This document shows positions 39,283-54,264 of a stretch of 64,000 bases of DNA, piece by piece (positions within the stretch are counted from its first letter, which is position 1; each line of letters begins with the position of its first letter). The stretch comes from Phyllosticta citribraziliensis (taxonomy: Eukaryota): the NCBI RefSeq assembly GCF_038025025.1, contig NW_027117347.1, positions 496,001 through 560,000 on the forward strand. Reading direction: 5' to 3'. A model generated the notes under the pieces. The model saw only the letters and a program-made list of their open reading frames with translations. It made no database searches and had not been told where the DNA came from. A program made the position numbers and the translations under genes.

Positions 39283-40182
39283 TTTTGGCGATGAGAATTT
39301 GAGGGAGAGAAAAGGTGGATAGAAAGGGGGGAAACAGCAGTGATCCAGGCGACGCATGCGCAGCCCTAGGAAACAGCTCAAAGGGCAGGGCGACGAGACG
39401 GATAGGTGAGTATTAAGGACGGAGCAAACACCAAGAAGTCCCAAGAAAACTTTGGGCTAGTTAAGCTTTGGCAGCGCATTGCCGGCGACCGGGGGGGATG
39501 TGGTGACGTGACGAGAGGTCGAGGAGAATGAGGCGTGTGACGGACGGGATGCGGACATGGACCCATGGACCAGTCGGGTCGAGGATGAAAATGTTGAGTC
39601 GAGGTGCAAACGAAGGGAGACCCGCGCGCCAGGTGAGAAAGGCCGCCACGCCCGCTGAGTGGACGCCACGGGAACACGTAAACGACTACCCCAGACGCCC
39701 CCAGACGCCCAGCCCTCGGCTTTACCGACAAGACGATCGAAGCTCTCGGCTACACCCTTTGCGACTTTCTTATACCCGCTGACGTAGGTTCTTCTCCACT
39801 GCTACTTGTCGTCCTCTCGGCTTCAACGCGTCTGGGCCGTCGCCGGTGAGAGACTCCCTCGAGCGTCACCACGACCGTTTCGAGACTGGCACTGACAGAC
39901 ACACTTCGTTACCGGACGCCGTGTTTTGTTCCATTCTTCTAGGTTCCTACAAGGCTCCATCAGAAAATCCGTCCTCTCTCCAAACATCCCCCTGGGTCAT
40001 CCCATCCCCATTGTGAAACATACCTCGCGCGCCATCTTATCCGTCTTCATCAAACGCCAAAGCCTCACTTCTTGGCTCCAAGACTGCCTGTTTCTTGAGC
40101 CTTCCGAGAAGCATTCATGCGCCGGCCGGCCAAACAAGCCGTGGACATGGGCTCGTCCCGTGGTTCCGACACTGCGTCCACC

Positions 40183-42288
40183 TCATGCTAGCCCTCCCGC
40201 CTCACTGGCGTCGTCTTTGGCCGGGTGCTGCTGCTGCTGCGCCTCTCCATGCTCTCCTTCGCCCTCGTCATTGTACTTCTTGAACAGCCGCCAAAACACG
40301 CCCGCCGTCGCGATGCACGCCACGGCTAGGCCCGCGTACAGCCACACGAGCAGCGGGTCGCGCGCAAACGGGCTGACCATCGCGCCCAGCATGGCGCCCA
40401 GCGCCGTCGTCAGTAGAAAAAGACTCATGATGAAGCTCTTCATGCTGGCCGGCGCCTGCGTGAACGCCCACTCCAGCCCCGTCACGCTCGCCAGAATCTC
40501 CGACACCCCGAGCAGCAGGTACGCCGGCGTCTGCACCAGCACATGCACCTGGTTGGGCGCATATGATCCGTTGGGGCGCCGGGCGGCTGCGCACGTCGAC
40601 GGCGACGCGAAGCATGGCGGGCTGCCGTAGATGACGGACTGCAGAAACGCTGCGTACACCATGGCCAGCGAAGCGAAGACGAAGCCAAACGTGATGCGCG
40701 CCATGGGCTTCATGGCAAAGCCGCGCCGCCGCAGAAACGGGTAGACGTAGCGGTCCATCAGCGGGATGAGGCAGATGACGGACAGGGGGTCCAGATTCTG
40801 CATCATGTCGTTGGGGATGCCGTGCAACTGCATTTGGCCGGCTGCAAAGCGTTATCAGCAGGTCGTGGTACCATGTCCGTCTGCAAAGAATATCTCACCT
40901 TGCGACACAAAGTTATTGGACATTTGGCCAAAGGCAGCCCAGTAGATTGGGTAGAAGCAAAAGACCTTGCATGCCCGGAGCGCGCGCCGCAGCTCGTCGA
41001 CAAACTTGTCGTCCCACGGAATGTCTCTTGGCGTGGTGTGTCTGCTCCAGCGCGACGGCTTCGCAGCCTCCAAGGTCCCTCCGTTCACGAAGCCAATGTA
41101 GAGAGCCTTGAAGCTGTTCGCGACGACGGACCCCGAGGGCGGCTTGATGACATATCTGCGCTTGCCCAGCACAATCACGACGAAGCCAACCATGAACATG
41201 CACAGCGGCAGCAGGTATGCTGCCCAGAAGCCGACCCGAAGCTCCATGGTTGTCGTCGCAAGCGCCGACAGCGACCCGATGTTGATCGCCATGTAAAAGA
41301 CCATGTAGATGCGTTGGATCGTCAAGGCCGGGTCGATGATGACTCTTTCGCCGCTGGGCAACGTCTTGACGCGCTGGCTTGTCTCTTCATACTGCTCGGC
41401 AATCAGGGGAGACACATTGCTCTTGATGCCACCGGTTCCAAGCCCAATCACAATAATGGCTACCAGCAGTCCTGGAAAAGCATACCCGGCCTCTATTGAC
41501 GATGGGAGCGAAGTGAGGAACAAGATGACGATGCCAACCATGTAAACAATGGCAAAGTAAACAATCGTGTAGTACTTGCCCAGATACTGATCGGCCACGA
41601 CGGCGCCAACGATCGGAGTCAGATAGCACCAAAAGGCGAAGAAGCTGTTCATCAGCGTCGCCCCGTGCTGGCCCAGCCCACTTGCCCAAGACGTCAGCGC
41701 CCTTGGTTCCGGGTGTGCGAGGTGAAGCGGAACGTACTTACATGGCGCCTGGAAGCCCGCTCGGGTCATGATACCGGTTGGCGGCGTAGTTTTGGAACGG
41801 CCCAGAGAGGCCGTAGTAGGCGAAGCGCTCGCAGAGCTCGACAATGGCAATCAGCGACGCGCTCCACGGCAGGCGATCCGGGACCTTTCGCAGCGAGCGC
41901 CGCTCCGCGTCCGTGGGCACGTCGTCGTCGAGCGACAGGTCGTAGTCGCCCCCGTCGGAGTCCAGCGATTCCTTGCCCGCGCCGGCCGCCTGCGTCGTCG
42001 CGTCAATGGCGCTGGACTCGCCGGCCGGCCCAGAAAAGCCGTCCGCTGAGCCATGGGTCCGCCTGCGATGCAGCGAGTGCCGTTAGCTCAGGGCTGCAAG
42101 GTCGGGCACGCAGGCGCGCATACATACCGTGCGACGGAGCGTTCCCGCCCCGCCTTCCGCGCACCATCGCCGCCGTCGACGAAGATGTCGAGCTCGACGT
42201 CCGCCTCGCGTTGTGGAACGGGGTCGTAGTCTCCACGGCCGGAGGAGGCGTCGCGGCCGCCGACGGCCGCTGCAAAAGGGGGCACCAT
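40183..42288 (-). CDS. PTR2: POT-family di/tripeptide transporter
   Basis: ELCERFAYYG (ExxERF) motif, GLGTGGIKSNVSPLIAEQY, FYMAINIGS, GLEWAFTQAPASMKS; start codon inferred. Confidence 0.9.
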
Positions 42289-43368
42289 GCTTCGGTGCAA
42301 ACGACCAAGTTAAACCTGCGCAAACAAACTCTTTGACGCCCCAAAAGGCTTCACTCCATCGCTGGCCGTGTACTCTGCGCTCGAGCAAAGAGCAAATGCG
42401 AGATTGCAGCCGTCGACGGAAGCGAACACGTGGTGGTTTTAGATGTGCTGACGCGGCGCGCGGATACGCAGATCAGATAAAGACTGCTGCAAAGAGATGG
42501 CGAGAGATGAGCAGCCGAAGATCACGTCGGTCGGCATATATATCGCAATATAAACGAGGGGGGTTCGTGGGGAGAAGGAAGAAGGTGTTGCAGGCGGACG
42601 CCGCATCTAGGTAGCAGACGAGATGTCGCTTTGATGCGTCCAAGCTCCTTTTCCGGACTGGCCGGAAGAATGCGTCAATAGCCCCCCCAAGCGTCAAAGA
42701 TTTTGGAGATTTTGAAGCTGCCCGATCATGTCACGAACGATGAGAGCGGCCGACAGCGATGTGAACCTCTTAACTATCAGAAGAGAAAGAATGACGGAAC
42801 GTGTTCCTGCAGACGAGACGTCTCGTCGACCTGCAGACTCCACGAGCGGGACTAAGCGAGCCGCCCTGGGCTGAGAGCTAAAAGAGGTAACCCGAAGCCA
42901 CGCTAGCTACAGACAGCAATGGACCTTGGCAAGGTGGCTGTCTTTGGAAGAAACCCCAGGACTGCCAGTTTCACAGGACATGGCAAAGTGAAAATGAACG
43001 TCTTCCAGAAAAATCTCAATCGATGCGTCACTATAGACATGATCTCCGTCTTGCGCTTACATTATAGTACAACTTTCTCTCGTCTCCCTGTAAACTTGCC
43101 ATCCTCTTGTCGCTTGCAAATCAGGTGAATGATCCCAACTCAAACTATCCTGGGTTTGGTAATACCAACCTCATGCTCCCAAATACATGCTCACAAGTCT
43201 CTATTTACAATCTCGTGGCTTTTTTCAAAACCTTGTCGTCAAAATGGTCATCTCGTCAGGTACGTTCCACAATCTCTTTTTGGAAAGACGGTCGTTTCTT
43301 GCCATGGACATGAGACCTCAAGTCTTCTCAGACAGGTCCACGCACCAAGGTTATCGTGATGGAGCGCT

Positions 43369-44600
43369 TCAAGCGATTGTCCCGTATCCTTGGGGCGAAC
43401 CCTCGTCGGAATACGGAGGCGGGTCATCGCTGGCTTCCTCATCGGTGGTGTGCTCTTGCGCGATCTCGCCATGAGCTCTGATTCTCTTTTCCTCCAGCTG
43501 GATGGCAAGGAGAGCAGAACCAACTGTGGTCGAGAGGAGGCTAGTGGGGCAAAATTAGACTCAGCAGGGTCTAGGTTCCAATGTCGACTTACAAGAGCAT
43601 GTTAAGAACTGGAATAAGCTGGAGAAGGAGTGCTCCAGTGCCAAACCTGGTTGTGTCAGTAAACTGATCATTCAGCATTGACAGATCCACTTACCATGTG
43701 TATTTCCAGCGGTGATATCTCACGTACTGCTTCCGAGCCTTCTTGTCCATGCCGAGGAACTTGAAGTAGCGGTACTGCTGGAGAGGGCCGGCGCGGTAGC
43801 CGCAGAGAAAGATGAACATCGGGGAACCAACAACGGGGATAAAGTTGAGTGGCAGCAAGACGATGAATTCTATCGTTTGGCGAAGACTGAATGGGTAATA
43901 GACAGCATGGTGCTCCTGAGGTCCAAGTCGATTGCCTGGGTCGCGGCCTTCAGGTTCGACATGGCGACGAGTTGCCACGAGGTAATCGTAGCCTTCTGCA
44001 ACAAGGACCTGACAACGTGTAAGCAAAAGTTCAAGAGACCAGGCTGGATTCTAGAATTGCATTCCCCTTCACGGCACCCTTCCTTGCATTGGAATGCAGA
44101 CGTGGCCGTGGATTACCCGGGTCGTAACTTTACGGCGACATGGGCTCTCCAGGCGGGCGGGAAACCCAAAGGGTAATTCTGTACGTACCGCATCGAAAAT
44201 GTCGACCTGGGTCTCGTCGACGAAAAAGCACTCAAACAGCAATGCAACGATGGCGGCGCCTTCACTCAGCACCAGCACCGTGGCATTGAACCAGGCAGCT
44301 TCGCGGTGGAAAAGGTAGAGCAAGGCGACTTGGGGCAGGTAGGCCCAGACGAACAGGTTGGCGAGGACAAAAAGCGACAGGAGGAAGCAGGGCAACATGC
44401 GACCCTTAAGGTAGCGAAAAAGGAACGGGTTCGTGACATAGTACCAGATTCCCTGTCGTTCGTTATGCGTGAGCGAGACAGACAGACGCAGACAAAAGGT
44501 TGTGTCGTCATACCCAGAAGGGATAGATCCAGCCAGCCTCGCCGACGAGGCGAAAGGGGTGCGCGAGACGAGCGCGGGCAGCTTGCCAGGCGTTTGCCAT
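43369..44600 (-). CDS. EI24-domain membrane protein (RRT8/LDS-like), multi-exon
   Basis: WIYPFW|GIWYY, YLPQVALL, LVLSEGAAIVALLFE..DIFDAVL, LLPLNFIPVVG, FGTGALLLQLIPVL; C-terminal PPPY. Confidence 0.78.
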
Positions 44601-45386
44601 CAGGACAGGGCAGGGCAGGGCAGCGGTGTTGTGCAGTTGGTTCCTTGGGTGATCGGGCAGGGTCGTCTCCAGCCGAGGCGGCGTCGGTCAGGTCGCGGGG
44701 ATCAAGGCGGTAACGCTGCCGAAGAAAAACCTGCGATAGAGGCTGATTGGTCCACCATTGAACCATTTCCTAACCCCCCAAGAGCCTCATCAGGTACGCC
44801 CGCTTTTCTCTCTGACTCTACGAGCCTGCGGCAGCTTTTGCTCCGTCGTGGGACGAGGCCACCATGGATCGTGTAGTCACATTTTCTCCTTGTCGCACGC
44901 AGGGCGTGCCATTCTCTACTCTTCAACACAGTCATGAGTCCCCGACTATGCTGGATACGAACATGGTAGACACCGATCAAGAGCTTGGCCCAATCACAGA
45001 CGGTGCCACTGTTACGTCTGACGCGCACTTATTCCCGGCAATGCTATTCCCTTTACCCACCGCTGGGACGCCGTCTCGAGCGGCCAATGGCTAGCACATG
45101 ATGCCAAATGTCAGCCCTGCAGTCCAACGACGGTACTACTGGCCCAAGACGCCCTCTCGAGCTCCGCAATCGGACCAACGGCACAATCCAGCTCAACTTC
45201 TCCGCCCACATCTCCCTCCGCATACCCAAAGCGCACCCTGTGTTGCCGATCACGGCTAGCCGTAGTCTCTATGACTCCACAGGCGCCAGATAGGCCGTGG
45301 GCCCTGGGGGATGCTAAAAAGAAGCCGGGATGCTCTCCCCCTCCTTCTGGCCCTGGTGCTCATCCCTCCATTTTTCGCACGCCATC

Positions 45387-47120
45387 ATGTCGGACACTCC
45401 CGAACATAAGCTCTCCTGCGACAAGGACATGGAGCCCGCCAGCGGGGTAGCTACTCCTGGATCGCGGTCGCCAGACAATGTGCATGGCACTGACCGCAAC
45501 TCTATAGACCGCGAGGACCGCCACCACAAAGACCCCGTAGACCTGGAAAAGGTGGAAACGGCCCGGGATCAGGACCGTCCTAACAAGGCGACGCCGGCCG
45601 GTGCTGTCAATCGAATACTGTCCAAGGTCAAGTCGACGGCCTCGACTGCCGACCCCGGGCCGCCTCCCAATGGCGGATGGCATGCATGGACAATTGCTCT
45701 GTCGGGCCATGCCACGATATGTGCCACATGGGGTTTTGTCAATTCGTTCGTTCGTCAACCAGTTCCTGTGCTCTCGTCGTCAGAGTCTCCTTTTAGTAAC
45801 AAGAGATAGGGAGCATTTCAAGCATACTACACTTCGACGCTCGACGTGCCTGCGTCTACCATCTCGTGGATAGGAACGTGCCAGACCTTCTTCCTCTTCG
45901 TCATCGGCGCCTTCAGCGGTCGTGCCACAGACTACGGCCTCTTCCGCCAAACATACATCCTCGGCGTCTGCATGAACCTCTTGGGCATCTTCATGACTTC
46001 AATCTGCAAGGAGTTCTGGCAATTCTTCCTCGCCCAGGGCGTGTTGACTGGCCTCGGTGGCGGACTCGTCTTTACTCCTGCCATGTCGGTGGTTGCCACG
46101 TACTTTTCGACGCGCAGGTCACTGGCCATTGGCATCGCTGCGTCGGGCTCCTGTACCGGCGGTCTGATATACCCAGTCATGGTCCGACAGCTCTTGCCAC
46201 AGATCGGATTTGGATGGACGGTGCGGGTCTTGGGATTCTTCTCCATGGCCATTTCATTGTTTGCCGCCACGTTCCTCAAGGCCCGCCTGCCCCCACGCAA
46301 GTCCGGTGCGTTGGTAGACTGGGCAGCATTCAAGGACATGACGTACCTGTTGTACTGCTTGGGAATGTTTTTGAATTTTTGGGGCATTTATTTTGTCTTT
46401 TTCTACGTAAGTTACAGCTTTCGCGTGACGTCGAGCCGGGATATTTCTCAAGTGTTCGAGTGTTGGTCTCCAAATGCTGACAGACCGTCAGATCAGCGCG
46501 TACAGCAGAGATGTCATTGGGTTGGGCTATACGCAGTCCCTCAACCTTCTCATGGTCCTCAACGGAGTTGGGTACATCAGTCGCATAGCTCTGCCCCTCT
46601 TGAGCGATCTCGTAACAGGTTTGTCTTGGTCTGGAGGCAACCGAACGAATGGGATAGCTGATGGTTGGCAGGGCCCATGAATCTCATCATTCCAAGTGCA
46701 TTTTCAACTGGCATACTCATTTATGCATGGTCCGGCGTTAGTAGCCAAACAGGGCTCTATCCGTTTACAGTCATTGTCGGATTATCGGCTGCCGGCGTAC
46801 AGGTCAGTCATGTCCAAGTCCTACTGCGTCGAAGCGCTGGGATCCATCGATGCTGACCATTGCAGGGACTCTTTCCGGCGGTTCTGTCATCTCTTACATC
46901 GGACCTCAAAAAGACGGGGACCAGGCTCGGAATGGCCTTCTCCATGGTGTCGTTTGCCTGTCTGACCGGGCCTCCTCTCGGTGGCGCGCTCGTCAGCGAC
47001 AACCATGGAAACTATCTCAAGGCTCAAATGTGGGGAGGCACAGTATTGATCTGCGGCGCTCTCACGCTGGTGGCGGCTCGAATCGCAAAGACGGGATGGA
47101 AGCTTTGCGTGAGAATCTAA
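45387..47120 (+). CDS. MFS monocarboxylate-type transporter (MCH/Mch5-like), multi-exon
   Basis: PPPNGGWHAW, TWGFVNSF|GAFQ, FSGRATDYG, YFSTRRSLAIGIAASGS, GTRLGMAF, LTGPPLGGAL. Confidence 0.88.
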
Positions 47121-47684
47121 AAGAGAGCCACGAGGAGGAGGACGGACAACGGGATATTGACCGAGGAACGAGTCTAGACGAAAGTGGCCGGGCGGTGGAT
47201 GGTAATGAGATGGGATGGAATATGCGTGGCGGACTAGTGCTGGTTTCCATGAGCAACTAGCCGGGGTGGGTTGGCGTTACTGGAAGCCGGACGGCGGTCA
47301 AAGGGCCGCAGCAGCAAGATTTCTTGGAAAATAGGCAACATTGGCATTTGATGGCAATTTGCACGGCATTGATAGAATACATTGCATCAAAAAGGAGTCT
47401 CGAGCAAGCGGCGGTTGACGTTTTGTCGCGTGCCCTGAACCGCAGCGGCTTATCAGTTGGCGCTAACCACAAACGACCATCGGGCAGCTCAGATGACGAA
47501 GGAGCACGTACGCACGGGCCCGTAGCCCAGCACCTGGCAGCTCCCCGGCCTCCACGCTCCACACCTTGCTACCTCCCGCCATCACTACCCAACGTCAATC
47601 TCACTCTCTTTCGCCTCTCTCTCCCACTCCATCATCTCCATCTATCCGTCCACTTCCACCTCTCCTTCCATATCCACCGCAATC

Positions 47685-49098
<1,414 letters not shown>

Positions 49099-49777
49099 AG
49101 GATTAGATGAGAAAAGAAGGATGAGCGTACTGGAAATGACAGAGCAACTTTGATCGAGTTGAATCGTGATAGCGTAGGTAGATTGTAATGTGCTCGACAC
49201 TCACTCTGGCCGAAAGCCGCGAGATGGAGCAGTATGGTTTTGCTTGTCACCTCTCCTTGCATTTGTTGATCCATCCAGAAGTCAAAAAGCACGGTTCTCA
49301 GGACTGCAAACTGTCTGTTCCTCTACCTTGTTTCCCACGTGTACGATTGAAGCATGTCGAGTCTCTCTTTTGACAGTTTCCCGCTTTCACTCTCTTTCTC
49401 TCTCTCTTAGACTCGAGTCTGCTGCATACATGAAGGGTGCGCCTTTTGCGTCATCCAAAAGTAGGTTGAATTGAAGTCCGATACCCTCCACCTTTTGAAA
49501 AATTGGTTGAGCTGAAGACGTGGGTAATTGATAGCAGGACTTGCACCAATGTAGTACAACAAAAGTACCAGAGCAGTCATGAGACCAGCACTGATGCCAT
49601 TCGATTCGATTCAACTCGTTACGCTGACGACTGGCGGCGAGTGTGGAAGTGTTCGGTGGAGTTTTGCTTCGCCCGTCTCTCACAACCTCGACGCCTCTTT
49701 CCTCCCTGCCCCAAATCTACTCCTCCACTCCCCCTCCCTCTCACCCCCCCGTCACTCCTCCTCCCACAATCACCTCA

Positions 49778-50044
49778 TCACCTCTTCCCCCCTCCCCCTC
49801 CCTTCCCTACCCTCATCTTGTCCCTCCTCTTCCGCCTCTCCTTCAGCACACGCGACACGACAGGCACGGGGCCGGGCCACGTGCCGTTATTCTTCTCGGT
49901 GCGCCAGTGGATCAGGTATGCCAGGCCGACCAGCGCCAGCAGCCCGACTAGCACCACGATCAGGATGACGATGACGCGCGGGTTCTTTTCTACTGTGGCG
50001 AGCGCCACGGGAGTCAGGAGGGGCGAGAGGAATTCGAAGGTCAT
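49778..50044 (-). CDS. Candidate small single-pass membrane protein, 88 aa
   Basis: AAAATG context; ~22-residue hydrophobic helix (VIVILIVVLVGLLALVGLAYLI) followed by a basic tail; C/G-ending codon bias. Confidence 0.5.
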   Translation of the reverse strand: MTFEFLSPLLTPVALATVEKNPRVIVILIVVLVGLLALVGLAYLIHWRTEKNNGTWPGPVPVVSRVLKERRKRRDKMRVGKGGGGGKR

Positions 50045-51683
50045 TTTTGTTGTGGTTTGGCGGGTGGGGGGACAGGCCGGCTGTCGTGTTGTGGTTGGTG
50101 TGGTGGTGCGGTGGTGAGGTCGCGCGGGGGACGAGGCGCGCGTTGCGTTGCGTTGCGTTGCGGTGGATTGAAGCGCAGCGCCGTAGACCAGTCGAGTCGG
50201 CGGACGAGAGGGAGAGAGTGCAGCAGGCAGCCAGACAGACGGGCTCAATGGTAGCAGTCCACGCCACAGAGTGAGCGCACAGTGGCCGGACAGACGACGA
50301 CGACGACAACAATGATGTTGACGATGTTGGCGGTGGAGGGATAAGGCAGACTCAGGAAGAAAGAGAGAGAGAGAGAGAGAGAGAACAAGTGCTTCTCGCA
50401 ACCAGACGACCGCCTGCCTGCATCGCTCCACCACCGCCGTAACCACAAACGTCGCAGCTCGCGCCTCCGGCTCTCTGAAGCGCTCCTCAGACACGCTCAG
50501 TCGGGTACCCGTGGTGCGAACCATCGCGTCCCCGAAGATGATTGGTCTGACGGCGCTTCGACTGCACTGCCCGCGCTGGTTGGCTGCTGCTGCGCAGCTG
50601 CGACGGCAGGGGTCTCGTCGTGTTGCGTTGCGGTGCGTTAAGGTGGCGGGCCGGCGCCTAGCTTGCATGCATGCGTGCGGGCTGCAGACGGACTGGACAC
50701 ATTGAATTGAGTGGTGGTTACGAAGACATGCACGTTGGTGTTGTTACTTTTCTGCTGCTGATTTTATTGAGAGAAGGAGTTGGGAGTCACGGCGGAGAGA
50801 ACGTACGTGGATGGACGTCAGCTTTATTCGGATGCATGTCCACTTTGGATTTGTGATTTAGATGTTCACCGACCTGCCCATCTAGTATTTAGATACTCTA
50901 TAGCCGGGTGTCTCCCTCTATGACACACATGGTCCCTACTGGCTTGTCGCCAGCTACCTCAGTTGACGAGAGCGAGAAGAGATGACCGATTGAACAATCG
51001 CTTCGACCACTTGACCGAGCTCCAAATCATTCCAACAAAATCCATCCTGCGCCAAAGCAGAGCAGAGCAGGACGAGAAGAGAAGAATAGGCTGCTCTCTC
51101 CATAGCTCTCACTAAGATCGAGGGAGGGGGAGAGAAGAGCCAACCACCATCACCAGTCACAAAACGCTCGAAAGTGAACAATGCCAGACAGCAGCAGGAG
51201 AGAAAACCAAAAATGATGATTGTTGCATATTTCTCATCTCTCTCCTTCTGTCTGCTATCTCGCTCGCTCGCTCGCTCTCTATCAAACCCAAATCATCATC
51301 ATACTCCTTTGTCCCCGCCCCCCAACATCACATCGGTCCAGTCGTCCATGAAAAATGATATCGACGTGTTGTTGCGAAAAGAGAATCTCGCCCAGTAGAA
51401 GAGAGGGGTGAGAGTGATGTAGATAGCAAAGATTTGTCTCTCTTCACCTCTCTTGCCTTTTCTTCGTCCATCCATCATCATCATCGTCACCACTGCCGAC
51501 CGACTGACCGACTAGACTGCAAATCCATTCGTACCCAAAGGATTGCCTGCCCATCCGAGGACAAAGACCCCCACCACCCCCAACCCAAGAAAAACGTCTA
51601 TCACTCCCTCCTTGCCCGCTCGCCAGCTCGCCCAAAAATAATTCATGATGTACAGAAAAATCGCATTTCGGCAGCCAGAGTGG

Positions 51684-51686
<3 letters not shown>

Positions 51687-51714
<28 letters not shown>
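51687..51714. repeat. Poly-C homopolymer (28 nt)
   Basis: Direct count; lies just downstream of the SNF5 stop. Confidence 0.9.
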
Positions 51715-51749
51715 ATCCATCCATCCACCAACGCACGCAAAGATCTTTT

Positions 51750-54264
51750 TCACGAAAACGATGTGCTTCGACTCGTCTGCCCCGTCCGCTTGGCGACCGC
51801 ATCCATGTGCGCGCGGTTCTTCAGATGGACGACGAAGTTCTCGACCGTGTTGCCCGGCCCGGCCGTGTATAGTTTGCCCGGGCAGTCGAGACACCTGATG
51901 CGCGGCAGCCACATGTGCTTGATGTGAGAAGGGGGCGGCCCCGGCGGCAGGTTGTTGGCCTGCGCGCCCGAGCTCTTGTCGACGGCCGAGTAGCGCATCA
52001 GCGCCTCAAACTGCGACGACGAGTGCGCCGGGTTTTCGAGCAGCTTTTGCAGCGCCTCGGTCAGCCACGACGCTGGAGGGGGCTAAGAACGTCGTTAGCA
52101 ACGCGGCTTATTTGTTAAAGCCTTGCCTCTTGGAATTCCTCACAGTGTGCGAAGGTTGCGGGTACGGAGCATCGACGCGCCCGTCTGGGTAGTAGCGGTA
52201 CTGTTGCTGGCCGTTGCTGGTCGGTGTTCCGGGCAGAGGTGTGGAGCGTTGCTGCATCGCCGGCGAGGGAGGCGGCGGCATCGAATTTCGAGACGGTGTA
52301 GCATGTTGCGGCGTCGAGGCAGCCGAAGCAACAATGGGATTCGTGTGGCTGACGCGGTACTCGTGTGCCCTTCCTGTCGACTGCGCTTGCATCCACCGCC
52401 TATACTTTTCGCGCGGTATCCGCAGCTTGAGAGCGTGCGAGCTCGATTCAGCAACGCTCTCTTCACGATCGCCGCCAAGACGCCTCGAGGTACGCGTCTC
52501 GTGATGGTGTTGGATTTGGGACAGCTCCGGAGTCTGGGACCGCCCAAGGTTCGCCCGCATAGCAACGGTAGCTGCTGTCGCGGCCCCGCGCATGCCTCTT
52601 GTTCTTGCGGTGCCTCCAGTGATTTGTGAAGGCGCAGGTGATTCAACCCCGGATTCTTCGCTCTCAGATTCTTCCGAGTCATCGGCACCGTCCCGGGCAG
52701 CGCGGCGTCCCCTGGCTCCTGACCGAGACATCTTGTACAGCCGGCTTTCTTCCACTAGCTCTGCGGCCCCGGGAATGACTGAAGAGACGACCATGGTCCG
52801 CACGGTCCGTTGGCGGTCCTTGAGATCGGGCAGGGCTGGACCGCCTCTCCTGTTTACAGAGCGTTTCTGCCGCCGTTGCTCGCGCAGGATCGACAGCTCG
52901 GCGCGCTCCAGATCCGCCTCGTTCAGCTCATACAGCACTGGCGCATAATCCTTTGCGGCCTGTACCGGACGAAACACAGATGGCAATGGGGATGGTAAGA
53001 AGCTGTCTCGCACATCTGCATCTTCCACTGGTCGGCCGTCAAACGGATGGCCGGTGATGTAGAGGCTCTTGGTAAACATTTGGCACTGCTCCCTGATGGA
53101 GTGGGAGATTGCCGTCGTGAACTCGCCGGCAAGAGAGAGCTCCGCCGTCATCGACCTTGCAAACTCCTCTGGTGAATTCATAGGATCATTAATGTCCCAT
53201 TCGAATTGGTCCACCAAGGTATGCGCTCCTATGGTGATGTTTAACTTGATCAGAACCCGCATCTCATCGTTCTTGTACGCATCGTAGGGCAGATGCGGGT
53301 CCAGCGGGTCTTCCTTGAAAAACACGTGGGGATAGTAATCTTGGAGTTGCTCCTTGATCTCGCCGTCGATGTGGCGCAGGACGTGGGGCGTTATTTCTGG
53401 AGGTAGTTTAAAGTCCTCTACCATGTTCTCGGCAAACAACTCCGGGGTGACCAGGCGGTCGTGCAGGTTCCATGTGAAAGTGTCGCGCAGCTTAATCTTG
53501 TCAAACTCAATGTCGAGGCGCACCGGCACCAGTTCCTCTAGCTGCTCTGCCTGCTTCTGCAGATCTTTCTTGGGCACATAGAAGTTCCTTGCTCTTCGAT
53601 TCCCCAGTCGTTTCCGGAACGCAGGATACTGCAGGCGAGGTTGTTTCGAGTCGGTGATGCCATTGCCGTATCCTTCAAAGCCATATCCAAAAACGGATCC
53701 AGGATCTATTTGCCTGTGCTGGCGCAAGTTTTTGTAGTACTCGAGCTCTGCGAGCTTTTCGCTCATGACCTTGGCGTCCCTGTTGGCCTGCTCGCTCATC
53801 GCCGCAGAGTGCAGCATGTCACGCGTTGTGTATTGGCCAATGAGGTACTCGGTGAGGCTCGCTTGGTTTTGGCTCGACGAGCCATGGGAGGGCGCCTGTG
53901 ATGGTATTCGCGAGCCAGAGCGCGACCTCTTCCTGCTCGGCGACGGGCCATTGGCAGTGTCAGTCGAGCCGGGCGGGGTTCTCGAACGACCGGGTGAAGC
54001 ATTCTGGGCCGAGTTAGAGCTCGTTTCCACGCCAGATGCTGCCATCATAGCTTTTGCCTTTGCTTTTCCTTCGCGAATGATATCATTGCCCTCTGCGGTT
54101 TGGCCGGACGTGGAACCCGCAGCAGCTGGATCCGAGCTTTGGACGTCATCATCCCCGATCAAGCCATTTTGCGCTTCTTGCGCGCCGATAGTGTTTTCCT
54201 GGAGCGATGATTCGTGCGACTGGACGGGAGGCGCGTTGGAGGAGGTGGACATGGGCGACGGCAT
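51750..54264 (-). CDS. SNF5: SWI/SNF chromatin-remodelling subunit Snf5, 2 coding exons
   Basis: Rpt1 LVPVRLDIE..LRDTFTWN and Rpt2 IKLNITIG..DQFEWD..PEEFA..AISHSIREQ; last exon has RCLDC...HLKNRAH. Confidence 0.93.
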
